Below, one piece after another: positions 45,694-55,923 of a DNA stretch of 64,000 bases (the stretch's first letter is position 1; each line of letters begins with the position of its first letter). The notes under the pieces are model-generated. The model was not told the origin of the DNA. It was given only the letters and a program-made list of their open reading frames with translations, and made no database searches. Where the stretch lies: positions 124,001 through 188,000 of the IMG/VR virus record IMGVR_UViG_3300034117_002447. One strand, written 5' to 3'. The position numbers were made by a program, and so were the translations under genes.

Positions 45694-45957
45694 TTACTTT
45701 TGGTCTACGGCAACGTCCTTTGTTTTAATTGAGAGTTCGTCTGGATTCTTTGGATCAGGTCCTGAAGCTTGATAATCGGTAAATTTACCAGTATCGAGTT
45801 TATCAATCTCATCAGGTTTTACTGATTTATATTGATTGTCTGCTCCCATTACTTTATAGGTTTGACCTACTGGATCGATTCCAACAATTGTAGCACTTTG
45901 CCCAGACTTTAACATGACCTTTTGGCCAGTTACGTACTTAGCTGCGGTCGCGGACAC
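45694..45957 (-). CDS. KOW/SH3-like ORF with GTG start only; probably a -1 frameshift extension of the upstream gene
   Basis: GQKVMLKSGQSATIVGIDP..QTYKV; frame is open back to the A9 run at 45987-45995. Confidence 0.6.
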   Translation of the reverse strand: MSATAAKYVTGQKVMLKSGQSATIVGIDPVGQTYKVMGADNQYKSVKPDEIDKLDTGKFTDYQASGPDPKNPDELSIKTKDVAVDQK

Positions 45958-45980
45958 TATAGTAATGTCCTCAGACTCAG

Positions 45981-47519
45981 TTAGGCTTTTTTTTTGGACT
46001 GGTCTACTAAAATGTATTGATTCTTAAGAGCATTAACGTTCTTCTCGATTGACATCTTAAGTTCATTAAGTTTCTCACGATAGTCTGCCGTAAGAGATGT
46101 ATCAGTTAAGGCCTCTTGAATTTGAGAGATTGAAGTTTCTAATTTAGCAAGATTTTGCTCAATCGTAACTTTTTCAGCATCAAGTGATTTAAGGTTGGCT
46201 TCTCTTTCCTCCAATTGAATAGAGTACATTTCGCTAACATCGTATTTGAAGTTTTCCATAACATAATTATGGAAAGTTAAACCTTTCATTTTCTTAAGAA
46301 TTCTAGTCTCAGCTAATTTCTCGAATACGTAAATATCTTCTCCGAAATTTAAAACGATCGATTCTTTACCAAGTCTTTCATTAACGATTGTTTTTCCAAA
46401 CTCTAAATTAACGATTAGGTCTAAGTTTTTGAAGATTTTAGTAAGAGCATTACGAGTATCAATGGTCTCCATTAATACGATTTCTGAAAATTTAACTGAA
46501 TCGATATTATCAATTACTGAACCATTGATTTTTAGGTTCAATGAGCCGTTTTCGTTAATTCCAAAAGCAACTGTTAAATTTCTACTAGCTGATACTAATT
46601 CTGTGCTCTTCTCTTTGAAGTTTAGGGCACTGAAGGCTTCGCAAGTTTCAAAGAAATCTGGAAAGTCTTTTGCATCGTCTGCTGATACTTGAGTAGGATC
46701 CGCATCTTCCGATACTTTGATAAATTTATTATCTACAAAGATTAGTGCTGAGTTTTCGCTAACTTTATAAAAAGGAGCAATAATAGGTTTTACGAATGCA
46801 TCGCCGTTACCAATACCTAAATTAAACGAACCAGTTTCTTTAGATTCTAGCATGCTAATTTTATTAATCAATTGGTTAACTACTGGCAAATTAGAATGAG
46901 AACGTAATTTCATTTTTAATGAATCAGCTGTCTGTACATTTTCCAATAGAGCTTGTTCCAATAGAGAACATGCATCTTTATAAAGAACTGCACCAGTTAC
47001 TCTCATTTCGAAAATTGAATTTAAGATTTCAAGTTTAATACGATTCTCATTAACGTAAGTTGATAATGATTCTAAAACTTCAGAAACAGTCGTATCGTAG
47101 TTAAACTTAGATAGACCTTCAAAGAAGAAATGGATTGCTCTAAATTCAGGCATAGATTTAACAGCTTCCTCTAGTCTAGCAACTGTATGCTTAACTACTG
47201 GATCTTTGTAAATTTGTGCCTCTTTGATAGCTTGAATCTTGATAGAAAGACCTGCTTCTTTAGCCATGTTTTGAAGACGGCTTGTTGGTTTTTCTGCCAT
47301 TTTTTTGAATTTAGCTACCACTTCTTTAATATTCTCGTTTACCAATTCAGTAGCGAATTGATCTAGTGTATTTAGAGAGTTTTCTAAAATCTGATCATTT
47401 GCAACCCCCAACATTAGTGAGTTGTTAATTGATTCTAATACTACTTTAGCAGCAATGCTAGAATTTACGCTCGAATTATTTTTGAGCTCGTTAGTTAGTT
47501 CTTGTATGAGACCGTTCAT
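45981..47519 (-). CDS. Late structural/assembly protein with C-terminal coiled coil
   Basis: 512 aa, late box at 47540, ends in SKKKA at an A9 run. Confidence 0.8.
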   Translation of the reverse strand: MNGLIQELTNELKNNSSVNSSIAAKVVLESINNSLMLGVANDQILENSLNTLDQFATELVNENIKEVVAKFKKMAEKPTSRLQNMAKEAGLSIKIQAIKEAQIYKDPVVKHTVARLEEAVKSMPEFRAIHFFFEGLSKFNYDTTVSEVLESLSTYVNENRIKLEILNSIFEMRVTGAVLYKDACSLLEQALLENVQTADSLKMKLRSHSNLPVVNQLINKISMLESKETGSFNLGIGNGDAFVKPIIAPFYKVSENSALIFVDNKFIKVSEDADPTQVSADDAKDFPDFFETCEAFSALNFKEKSTELVSASRNLTVAFGINENGSLNLKINGSVIDNIDSVKFSEIVLMETIDTRNALTKIFKNLDLIVNLEFGKTIVNERLGKESIVLNFGEDIYVFEKLAETRILKKMKGLTFHNYVMENFKYDVSEMYSIQLEEREANLKSLDAEKVTIEQNLAKLETSISQIQEALTDTSLTADYREKLNELKMSIEKNVNALKNQYILVDQSKKKA

Positions 47520-47614
47520 TGAAACGCTTGTCTTTTTTATTATTTATCCGTTTTTGATAAGTTTATTTATCTGCTATCGTCTATATTATTTATAGGATAG
47601 CCTAATTACTTACG

Positions 47615-49555
47615 TTATGTTGCATTCCTAAATCCAGCCATCGGGTTGATTGATTTAGAGGTTTCGTCAACCCTTGAGTATCTTACGCTCTTTGAACTAA
47701 CTATCTTGGTTTTAAGTTTTTCATTCTCGGTCGTAAGATCCGCAATTGACTTGTTTAAAGTTGCAATTGTTTCATACGGGTCATTTAGTAGTGCATTTTT
47801 AGCAGCATCATTTGCTCTTAAAATTGCGCCGTAGTCAGAAGAAGCCATCCATTTTCCTGTGTATAATAAAGTTTCGCTTCCGTCTACTCCAATTAATGAA
47901 ATAAACATTAGCGAGTCAGTCGATTCAAGAATCTGTTTCGCTTGATCCTTAGGTATACGAAAGGCCAGTTTTCCACTAGCTGGTTCCGAGACAGCCGGAT
48001 CACTTAGTGAATTATATGTATACTTCGAGTCTTTACCGAAGTTAAGGGTGAAAGTTGAAGTGGGATTCAAATTAGCTGGAGTCTGCTCGCTAGGTTTAGC
48101 TGGGTTAGCCTCATACACTGAAAACTTAATGTAATTGTCAGTTGGGTCAATTGGTAAAACCATGTCGCCTTGTCCAAAAATTACTTCAGACGTTCCGTTA
48201 GTAGCTTTTAGTAGAGCGTTCTTTTGGCTGATTCGAATATTTGCCTGTTTATAAAAAGTCGGAACTGCTACGTTAACTGGTTTGTCTACATACACAATTG
48301 ATGCAGTTGGCGTAGCTGTTGTTGGTATTTTTTTACCAGTAAATAAGTTACTTATCTCTAAATTCTTTTGAACAATTTTATTATAAACTTTCATAGATTG
48401 AGGCTTATCTGCCAGTTCCAATTTAGCTAAGTGCTTTCCATACTTATTTGGATTAAACAGAGACATTGACCCGGTTCTGATTACTTGATCTCCGGTCTTT
48501 TTGTTAAGTAACCGTACGATATAGTCGATTGACATTGAAACTGCAAAACCTGCATCCTTTAGAATTGGTCTGTATGATAATGGAACATCAAAATTGTCTT
48601 CTTGATAGACTAGAAAATTTCCAGAAGGAGTTATAATACTTCCAACCTGTTCGTATACTTGTAAGTTATGAATTAAGATCCAGTCATTATCTACGCCTTT
48701 TGCATTAAGAGTAGATATTAAGTCTTCTGGGAATGCGCCGTTCCATGTTGCAAAGAATTCAATATAGTCTCCATCTATTGCTTCTTGAATAACTGCTCCT
48801 AAACTATCAAATTCATTTACTTGCGCAACTGAACCTTCGTAATAATTAACAACGCGGTAGGCTTCATACTGCTCGCCGTTATCTGCAAATAGGTCTTCAT
48901 ATTCAGCTTCACTTAAAGATACGGTGATTGGTGAGTTTTTAATAAAACCAGTACCGTTCGTAATCGCATGTTCAAAGGAAGCTGACCCGAATTGCGTAAA
49001 GTCTTCATCTAGATACGAACATGCTGGGACTTTAATATCAATGTACTTATCGTAAATTGTATTTGCTAAGAAAAGCGGTTTATTGTTGAAGGTTAAAAGG
49101 TCTTGTGCAGTAACTGAAGTCACTAAAATATTAACTAGCTGGATCTGCTTTAAGTCATTTAATTTTTGGCGAGCTCCTAATATAATATTTTCAACTTCTG
49201 TAAAATTGAACCCTGATGCAAAATGGAATCGCATAGTGTCCATGACTAGAGCATTACTATAGCTATTAGATAATTCAGTTTCACTTATTGCTGGATCGTA
49301 TGCAGTATAAATTGGAATATCAGTTAAGTCAACTCTAATCAGCTTAGATCCTCCAACCGGTACTACACTTAATCCTCTTGAGTTTTTAGTCGTTGCTGCA
49401 TAGGCATCAGTATTGTAAATCTGAAACAGATCAACATGAGCATTTTCGAGAAAATAATAGTTCGTATTAATTATCTCTGGTGCAGGATCGCCCGCTGGAG
49501 TCAACATGTACTCCAATATACAATAGTCAGATAGAGTTACAAACCTTGATGTCAT
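47615..49555 (-). CDS. Large putative virion structural protein
   Basis: 646-aa ORF in late operon. Confidence 0.75.
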   Translation of the reverse strand: MTSRFVTLSDYCILEYMLTPAGDPAPEIINTNYYFLENAHVDLFQIYNTDAYAATTKNSRGLSVVPVGGSKLIRVDLTDIPIYTAYDPAISETELSNSYSNALVMDTMRFHFASGFNFTEVENIILGARQKLNDLKQIQLVNILVTSVTAQDLLTFNNKPLFLANTIYDKYIDIKVPACSYLDEDFTQFGSASFEHAITNGTGFIKNSPITVSLSEAEYEDLFADNGEQYEAYRVVNYYEGSVAQVNEFDSLGAVIQEAIDGDYIEFFATWNGAFPEDLISTLNAKGVDNDWILIHNLQVYEQVGSIITPSGNFLVYQEDNFDVPLSYRPILKDAGFAVSMSIDYIVRLLNKKTGDQVIRTGSMSLFNPNKYGKHLAKLELADKPQSMKVYNKIVQKNLEISNLFTGKKIPTTATPTASIVYVDKPVNVAVPTFYKQANIRISQKNALLKATNGTSEVIFGQGDMVLPIDPTDNYIKFSVYEANPAKPSEQTPANLNPTSTFTLNFGKDSKYTYNSLSDPAVSEPASGKLAFRIPKDQAKQILESTDSLMFISLIGVDGSETLLYTGKWMASSDYGAILRANDAAKNALLNDPYETIATLNKSIADLTTENEKLKTKIVSSKSVRYSRVDETSKSINPMAGFRNAT

Positions 49556-49565
49556 GCGTATTTAA

Positions 49566-50195
49566 TTATTTCTTTAATTTAATTTTCCAGTAGATTCCTC
49601 CTTGGATTGAAACTGCTCCGCTTCCAGCATAACCGACTCCGACACTATAAATCTTGTCGGTTTTGGTTTTTAATAATAGAGAAGGGCCTGCAAAATTAAC
49701 GATATTTACCTTGTCAAATCCTCCAACTACTCCAATGTAAACTTGGTTTTTAGGAAGTTCCTTAACGATTATTTGTTCCTTGATCGTTGTTTTATTTACT
49801 TGAGCGGTCCAAAGTCTACCGAGAAGAGAATTCTCAGAGATTGTATCATTTACTACAATGTATCCTAGTGAATCGGCTAATTTTAGAGTATCGATGTAAA
49901 CGTGCTTTGCATAAAAATCCTTAAGTATAGCGAGTGTGTCTACATCAATTGGCACTACTTGATACACTGGGACTTCATGGTAAATATCTTTACCCTTTCG
50001 GTATACAATAGTATCATGAGGTACAATTACCGTATCAATTGTGTGTTTTAATACTTCGTATTTCTTACCATCAATATTGATGATTTCTCCGGGGTTTTTT
50101 CCTGAACCGTCACACGATCTCATTAAGACTATTATAATCACTAATGCGATAAGCAATAGAGTTTTAATGTCTAGTTTAAGAAGGGATTTAAACAT
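49566..50195 (-). CDS. Membrane-anchored protein (possibly spanin-like)
   Basis: N-terminal TM LLLIALVIIIVLMRSC, DT-rich stalk, beta-rich C-terminus. Confidence 0.65.
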   Translation of the reverse strand: MFKSLLKLDIKTLLLIALVIIIVLMRSCDGSGKNPGEIINIDGKKYEVLKHTIDTVIVPHDTIVYRKGKDIYHEVPVYQVVPIDVDTLAILKDFYAKHVYIDTLKLADSLGYIVVNDTISENSLLGRLWTAQVNKTTIKEQIIVKELPKNQVYIGVVGGFDKVNIVNFAGPSLLLKTKTDKIYSVGVGYAGSGAVSIQGGIYWKIKLKK

Positions 50196-50415
50196 TTAAT
50201 TCTTGCATAATTTTGTAGTAATCAGGCTGTTCGCCTGTTTCCTTTACTATTTTATCTATTAGAGTCTTCTCCTTTTCCTTATTTGAATTTAGTGCATGCT
50301 CCAACTCAGTTTTTCTAAGCTGAAGAAGATTTGTCATTTTTTCAAGTTCAGATAAACCTGCATTGATTCGGTCGTATTCTGATATGATTTGCTTAATTTC
50401 TTTAAAGTGCTTCAT
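50188..50415 (-). CDS. Small coiled-coil protein
   Basis: 75-aa ORF coupled to neighbours. Confidence 0.75.
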   Translation of the reverse strand: MKHFKEIKQIISEYDRINAGLSELEKMTNLLQLRKTELEHALNSNKEKEKTLIDKIVKETGEQPDYYKIMQELNV

Positions 50416-50419
50416 GTTA

Positions 50420-51547
50420 TTAGTATCCTAAGGTTACTTTTATTTTTCCAGACATTAGTGCCGAGTATATTGCCTGTAAGTAATAGTCATTGTTTATGCC
50501 TGGAGCAATAGCTACTGGCTTAGAGTCAGCAGACTCAGCCTTATTCATATTTCCAGAAGTAGGACTATTAATCGTAGTTTGGTTACGTTGATCAATCTTT
50601 GCCCCTTCATTCATAACTGAGGTTGACGAGCTGGTTTGCGGCGAAATTGAAGTTACTGAGTTACTTAAGTTATTAACTGCGTCCGGTAAAGATTTAGATA
50701 AGCTAGTTACGCTTTTTTCTAACGTTTTATCTGGAGCTAGCATTTTTTTAACATTTGACGACTCAACTAATTTTGAACTTTTTACTTGAGTTAAGTTATT
50801 CGTAACCTCATCGGTTTTAGTATTAGTCGAGTCAGACTTTCCGGTAAGCGTCGAGAGTATTGAACTCTCTAATGTAGATAAATTAGAAGACTCGGCCTTT
50901 GATTTTTCAGAATTAGAGGTTACCTTCGTTAGTGAGTCTTTAGTTAATAAGTTAATTGCATCGGCATCCTTCGACCCGTTAGCTAATGATCTAAGCGATT
51001 CAATAAGAGCTGAATTGTTAACGATTGAGTTGATCGAGTCGGTCTTGCTCAAATTTTTAGTTAACGACTGTATTGACTCCATTACATTTTTACTGGAGTC
51101 TACTAATATATTAGATGAATTCACTGACGAATTTGAGGCAGCTGCTGCTAATTGACTAGGTAAAGAATTAGAAATTGACGTATTATTAACAGTAGTTGTA
51201 TTAGCTGGAGCTAATTGTAATTGGCTTTTCTCAATCTCAGCAGTTGTGACTTTTCCAGAAGTAGCGTCAGTTGGTTTTACAAGTACCTCAATAGGCTTAA
51301 GTTCAATAACTACTGGTTTATCTAAATCTACTGGGTTTAAGTCAACTCCATCAACTGTGGGCGAAGGAGTTTCAATTGGAACTGATCTAACTGAAGTAGT
51401 CGCTTGAGTATTTACATTCTTTAAGAGTTCACCTTCGAGTATCGCGTCGCCAGTTGGAGCTTTTTTACTGAAAACTCTATCTAATGCAGCAAGAAGAACT
51501 GACTCTTGATCAGTTTCAAAGGCAGAAGAGTTTTCTAGGTTAGTCAT
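50420..51547 (-). CDS. S/T/N-rich low-complexity late protein
   Basis: 375 aa; late box at 51564. Confidence 0.8.
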   Translation of the reverse strand: MTNLENSSAFETDQESVLLAALDRVFSKKAPTGDAILEGELLKNVNTQATTSVRSVPIETPSPTVDGVDLNPVDLDKPVVIELKPIEVLVKPTDATSGKVTTAEIEKSQLQLAPANTTTVNNTSISNSLPSQLAAAASNSSVNSSNILVDSSKNVMESIQSLTKNLSKTDSINSIVNNSALIESLRSLANGSKDADAINLLTKDSLTKVTSNSEKSKAESSNLSTLESSILSTLTGKSDSTNTKTDEVTNNLTQVKSSKLVESSNVKKMLAPDKTLEKSVTSLSKSLPDAVNNLSNSVTSISPQTSSSTSVMNEGAKIDQRNQTTINSPTSGNMNKAESADSKPVAIAPGINNDYYLQAIYSALMSGKIKVTLGY

Positions 51548-51595
51548 TGTGTAATCTTTTTAGTTATTTATTAAAAAAAGAAGGACTTGAGTCGA

Positions 51596-51766
51596 TTAGT
51601 CCTCAAGTCCTGTTTGAATTTCAAATGTTTCTTGAACAGATTCTCCAGACTCGTCTACTAGAAATTTAACGTAACTTAAATACTCATAGAACGGTAGAGT
51701 GTACAGTTCGGTTATCGATTGATTCAGCTTCACGGCCAAGAGACGGTTTGTCTCAAATAAGTTCAT
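51596..51766 (-). CDS. Small baseplate-hub assembly protein (T4 gp51-like position and motif)
   Basis: MNLFETNRLLAVKLNQSITELYTLPFYEY; overlaps end of upstream hub protein. Confidence 0.55.
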   Translation of the reverse strand: MNLFETNRLLAVKLNQSITELYTLPFYEYLSYVKFLVDESGESVQETFEIQTGLED

Positions 51767-52781
51767 TAAGTCTACCTGAAATAAGGAAAAGATCTTTGAT
51801 CGTGAAGCTGTCTGACGAAAAAATTGAACTGGATAATTTTGACCCACATTTAGGACAAATTGTTCCGATTGAATTATCTCGTGAAGCTTGCATCATTTCT
51901 GAGAACTTTGTAATAAATGTAAATTTATTTAGGTTCCAGGAAAATGATTCAGATTGAATAGATGAATATTGTTCCTGTCCAAACTTTGACCAGTCTTGAA
52001 TAAGGTATGGTGCAATTTTAATAAAAGATTTATCAATTTGGCGACCAGTTAATTTAGACTCAGCTATTCGTTTACGAAGTCTTTCAATTACACCGAGAGT
52101 CGGCATGTACAGGTAAAACGTCTCATTTAACTTCTGGGAAACTACTTCAAAGCATCGATATTCGTCAGAATACCAAACCTCAACTTCTTCAGGAAGATCG
52201 AATAGTTGTAACATGTTGCTTCTGACCTTAACGTCATCGCTCCAAGCACCGTCTTCTGAGCAAGTTTGAGTACACGCAATTTTAGTAAATAGCTCATTTT
52301 GTCCTTCTGGAAAAGTTATTTCGTGAATTACAAAGATGATGTACAATCGGTCGACTTCTGAAATATCTCTCCAAGTTAACCAGGATTGTCCGCCGTTTAC
52401 TTTAAAACGTGTACATTTCTCAATTATAAAATTTAGTTTGTCGTCTATGTCTAAGACATCGCTATCGTCGATAGTCGACCAGTGTCGAATCTCAGAAACA
52501 GTCGCTGCTCTAACCGTTAACTCAGAGCCTTTAGCGTAGAATAGTCCACGTGACGGTAAATTTTCTAATGGAATGTTTTTCCAAAAGTTATCATTTGCGC
52601 CAGAAATGGTCGATTGAATTGGTCCGGCTGAGATAGCTTGGCCTAAACTAGTGACTGGTTTTTCAGATTCAATTGATTTATTGGAGTTATTAGAGTTCTT
52701 GCCGTATTTAGCGTCCTCAGATTCAAGGAATGCTTGAACTTCATCCTCTTGATTAAGCGGACGGTCTTGTTCGTTGCCCAT
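51753..52781 (-). CDS. Baseplate hub/tail assembly protein (T4 gp26-like)
   Basis: LPSRG.FY...VRAATVSE...D..LN.I...C; DRLYIIF..HEITF; C-terminal CPKCG. Confidence 0.6.
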   Translation of the reverse strand: MGNEQDRPLNQEDEVQAFLESEDAKYGKNSNNSNKSIESEKPVTSLGQAISAGPIQSTISGANDNFWKNIPLENLPSRGLFYAKGSELTVRAATVSEIRHWSTIDDSDVLDIDDKLNFIIEKCTRFKVNGGQSWLTWRDISEVDRLYIIFVIHEITFPEGQNELFTKIACTQTCSEDGAWSDDVKVRSNMLQLFDLPEEVEVWYSDEYRCFEVVSQKLNETFYLYMPTLGVIERLRKRIAESKLTGRQIDKSFIKIAPYLIQDWSKFGQEQYSSIQSESFSWNLNKFTFITKFSEMMQASRDNSIGTICPKCGSKLSSSIFSSDSFTIKDLFLISGRLNELI

Positions 52782-52801
52782 AAATAAACAGTTTTTTAGA
52801 A

Positions 52802-53254
52802 TTATATCACGAAATCTAGGAAGGTTTTCGCAAGATACGATTTAGACTCATTAAGTCTATTTAAAGTTTCAGGATAAACTTCAATTACTTCCATTGTTTT
52901 TGGATCCCTAATGAAAGCTCTGATGGTTTTGTGCTTTTTATCAATTTTGAAAGCTTCAAACTTTCCGATAATATTTTCAGGTTCATGTTTCTTGTTTTTA
53001 AAAGTAGAGTTAACCTTAACTCCAGTTAATCTAGAACCCTTTTTGAATGCTTGATTTAAAGCCTTAACATCTTGGACAAAGTCGTCTACTTCAACCTGTT
53101 GAGGTCTAGACAAATCGGATAACGGTAAAATACTAATTGCAATACCGTTTGAGAAACCGCTTCTTGATGCAACAAAATTAAAATCGCCCTTCCCATAAAA
53201 AGGAAGACCTCTCATTGCTTGCTGTCTCTGACCGAATGTTAAGATTGGCGTCAT
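52802..53254 (-). CDS. Hypothetical late protein
   Basis: 150-aa ORF. Confidence 0.8.
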   Translation of the reverse strand: MTPILTFGQRQQAMRGLPFYGKGDFNFVASRSGFSNGIAISILPLSDLSRPQQVEVDDFVQDVKALNQAFKKGSRLTGVKVNSTFKNKKHEPENIIGKFEAFKIDKKHKTIRAFIRDPKTMEVIEVYPETLNRLNESKSYLAKTFLDFVI

Positions 53255-53583
53255 TATCTACTAAATGTTGTTGGTATACCTAATAGAACCATGTCAGCAG
53301 ATACTGTTAATTTAGAAAGAGTTGCATAGAAAGTTTCTCCTGGGAGAATTCGTACGTCTACGCCAGATCCTCCAATTCCTTGGTCAACGGTCCATACCGT
53401 AACAGTTTGTGCAGTAGTTTGAGGATTGTGAACTCCGAACCATGTATCAGTAAAGTAACCTACTCCAGTAGTTGCATCGGACGCAGTATCTCTAGTACTT
53501 TGAGTAGTAAAGACCGGCGTGTAATTTGTACTGTTATTAGCGGTTCCGTGTTTTTTTACAAGTTTTGCAACAATATTGTTCAT
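53254..53583 (-). CDS. Hypothetical beta-rich late protein
   Basis: 109-aa ORF, coupled stop/start. Confidence 0.8.
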   Translation of the reverse strand: MNNIVAKLVKKHGTANNSTNYTPVFTTQSTRDTASDATTGVGYFTDTWFGVHNPQTTAQTVTVWTVDQGIGGSGVDVRILPGETFYATLSKLTVSADMVLLGIPTTFSR

Positions 53584-53598
53584 TTCATTTTAGTATTT

Positions 53599-54297
53599 TT
53601 AGCAAGCACAATTGTTTGGATCAGTGTTGCTTTTTACATATACTACCAAGCCTTTAACCTTAATACTAAAGTCTAGATTTGGATTATGTATCTCTATCTT
53701 ATTTATCAGCTTAGTTGCGTTAAGAGTCTCAGGATTACTGAACTGTGAAAAGAACTGTGAAATTGGATATGAAATAGACGAACCTGTGTAGTCCGTAATA
53801 ATTATATCGCAAGATAGAGCGGCTGGCACAATGGCCTCACCGTTTTTATCAAGACTCGGATAGTCGATGTACAAGATACAGCCACGTGCGTAATTTCTGT
53901 CATTCTGTAGTAGATAATACGCTGGGCTTGAAGAAGTTCCTGCTGGAATTGCTGTAAAGTATTCTAATGGATTTGATACAGCTGGATAATTAGTGGGAGT
54001 AGTTACGTTTGCTTGGTAAGTTGGAATTATTGAATCTAGTGAATTATCATAGATCACTAAAGTTTCGCCAGGGTTTCCTCCACATACTTCAAAATCAATA
54101 GATTGACTTCCGTCTACTGGATATAGAAATTTCTCTAAATCACAAAAACTTGCTTCAGATTTTCCATTGTTAAAAATCTTAAAACAACGATCTAGTAATT
54201 TTAAAACCTTTTTAGTAGGATCGCCCGCGCATAGATTAGCAAATGAATTGTTAAATCTTTGGGCAATCGGATCGTCTTGAAATTTAATGTATGACAT
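53599..54297 (-). CDS. Hypothetical structural protein
   Basis: 232-aa ORF. Confidence 0.8.
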   Translation of the reverse strand: MSYIKFQDDPIAQRFNNSFANLCAGDPTKKVLKLLDRCFKIFNNGKSEASFCDLEKFLYPVDGSQSIDFEVCGGNPGETLVIYDNSLDSIIPTYQANVTTPTNYPAVSNPLEYFTAIPAGTSSSPAYYLLQNDRNYARGCILYIDYPSLDKNGEAIVPAALSCDIIITDYTGSSISYPISQFFSQFSNPETLNATKLINKIEIHNPNLDFSIKVKGLVVYVKSNTDPNNCAC

Positions 54298-54312
54298 TCA
54301 TGGTTGACTTTT

Positions 54313-55089
54313 TTAAATAACGTCGCTAAATAATATTCCACTTTTGTGTGAAGTAAGGCCTCTGGCTATTTTATCATCGATTGACATTTGTATATCTTTA
54401 TTATCTACCTGTGTTTCAGTTGGAATTTCTTCAATTTGACTTGGAGAAATCTCTACTTCATCCGTGATCACGTCTTCTTCAATTACAACCGGTTCGGTTT
54501 CGTATACTTCTTGCTCGCTAGCAGGAAAAGTCTCAATTTTTTCCAAATCCTCAAACAGATCATCCGATGGTATCTCAATTGCTTGAGTAACAGCGTCAGT
54601 AATTTGTGGATTTACAGGATCACCTACTATATCATTTACGGTATCATTTACGGTATCAGCCGGTTTAATGTAGTCAACTAGTGATTTAATGAAGCCTAAT
54701 GCAACGATTGGTAGAATTGCTCCACTAACAATTGAAAGTACTCGTTTTTGGTATATCAATTCTTCTTCAACTAGGCCAAATAATTCAATCCATCCTTGAA
54801 AATCCTTAAGGTGAACGTATGTGTAATAGGTATTTCCCATTGCCTGCATTGCAGTTAATAGAATAAAAAGAGCCCAAACAATTCCCTTATTCATCTTATC
54901 TAATGTGATAATTGATGCAAGAGAAGCTGCTGCTCCTACCTCAAATGCGATTGCTAGGCTAATTGCTAACCATGGTGGGTTAGACATACTAAAGAAATCA
55001 ATAACGTGGATTGTTGAAATTACTGATACTAATAAGTATAGAGTAACAAACGTCCCAATAATAAAGATTTTTGTTGCTTTGCTTGACAT
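54313..55089 (-). CDS. Multi-TM membrane protein with acidic C-terminal tail
   Basis: Four hydrophobic helices (LAIAFEVGAAASL, etc.); 12-bp tandem duplication near 54630-54660. Confidence 0.8.
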   Translation of the reverse strand: MSSKATKIFIIGTFVTLYLLVSVISTIHVIDFFSMSNPPWLAISLAIAFEVGAAASLASIITLDKMNKGIVWALFILLTAMQAMGNTYYTYVHLKDFQGWIELFGLVEEELIYQKRVLSIVSGAILPIVALGFIKSLVDYIKPADTVNDTVNDIVGDPVNPQITDAVTQAIEIPSDDLFEDLEKIETFPASEQEVYETEPVVIEEDVITDEVEISPSQIEEIPTETQVDNKDIQMSIDDKIARGLTSHKSGILFSDVI

Positions 55090-55388
55090 TACTTAGAATT
55101 TCTGATTTTTTCTATTTCTAAATCGTATTGGTTCATACGATCATCAGGTCTAACCGTTGTTCTAATAACTGAATTCCAGTCGTATAGTGTACGTTTGGAC
55201 GCTTTTAAACCTTCAACCTCAATCATTTTCTTAAGATCTGAGGTATACACTGAATCAATTCTTTGATTCATTAGCTTTTCCTGTTTTTCAACTTTTGCAA
55301 TTTTACTTGAATTATTGCACTGTTGTACCATTAGGATTAACAGTAATCCAAGTACAATTTTCTCAAAATGTAATTTAATGAATTTCAT
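55089..55388 (-). CDS. Membrane-anchored or lipoprotein-like protein
   Basis: IVLGLLLILMVQQC; late box at 55407. Confidence 0.75.
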   Translation of the reverse strand: MKFIKLHFEKIVLGLLLILMVQQCNNSSKIAKVEKQEKLMNQRIDSVYTSDLKKMIEVEGLKASKRTLYDWNSVIRTTVRPDDRMNQYDLEIEKIRNSK

Positions 55389-55414
55389 AAAAGTTATTTC
55401 TTTTAGTTATTTAT

Positions 55415-55921
55415 TTACTTTCCGTTAATAATTTGAAGAGCCGACTCTTGTATTTGGCTGATGTTATTAACTAAATAGCCAATGTAAGTTATTCCGAAAT
55501 AGGCGATTAGGGCAAACCCTAGGACTCTTAATAGATTTGAAAATTTGAATTTAGAATCGTATTTAATTAGAATTAAGAACGCGTAATACTCATCTGTTTT
55601 AATTCGAGTAGAGGACACATTAATTATTTCAACTAAATTATGATCGGCGAATCGACCCTGTATTTTAGAAACTGACTCAAATACTCGACTTTTCTCAAGA
55701 TCAGCTAGATCACCAGTCGCTAACAGAGTTTCAGGTTCAAGATTAAGAACATAATAGACACGTCTCAATAAGTCAGTTCTGGCATTCAAATCCTTAAAAA
55801 AGTTTTGAGTTTCCATCTTCTTTATCTGCTTTCTATAAAAGACATAATTATTAAGGTCCTTGATAATGTCCTTAGCCGAATTAAAGGCAATGACTGGATT
55901 TATAAAGTTTAATAGTTTCAT
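55415..55921 (-). CDS. Hypothetical protein with C-terminal TM helix
   Basis: 168 aa; VLGFALIAYFGITYIGYL. Confidence 0.8.
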   Translation of the reverse strand: MKLLNFINPVIAFNSAKDIIKDLNNYVFYRKQIKKMETQNFFKDLNARTDLLRRVYYVLNLEPETLLATGDLADLEKSRVFESVSKIQGRFADHNLVEIINVSSTRIKTDEYYAFLILIKYDSKFKFSNLLRVLGFALIAYFGITYIGYLVNNISQIQESALQIINGK

Positions 55922-55923
55922 AG

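Noticed and set aside
51596-51847. G/GT-type tail-chaperone frameshift between 51753-52781 and the small downstream ORF
   Set aside because: The small ORF has its own ATG at 51766 overlapping the upstream stop, and no convincing slippery heptamer lies at the junction
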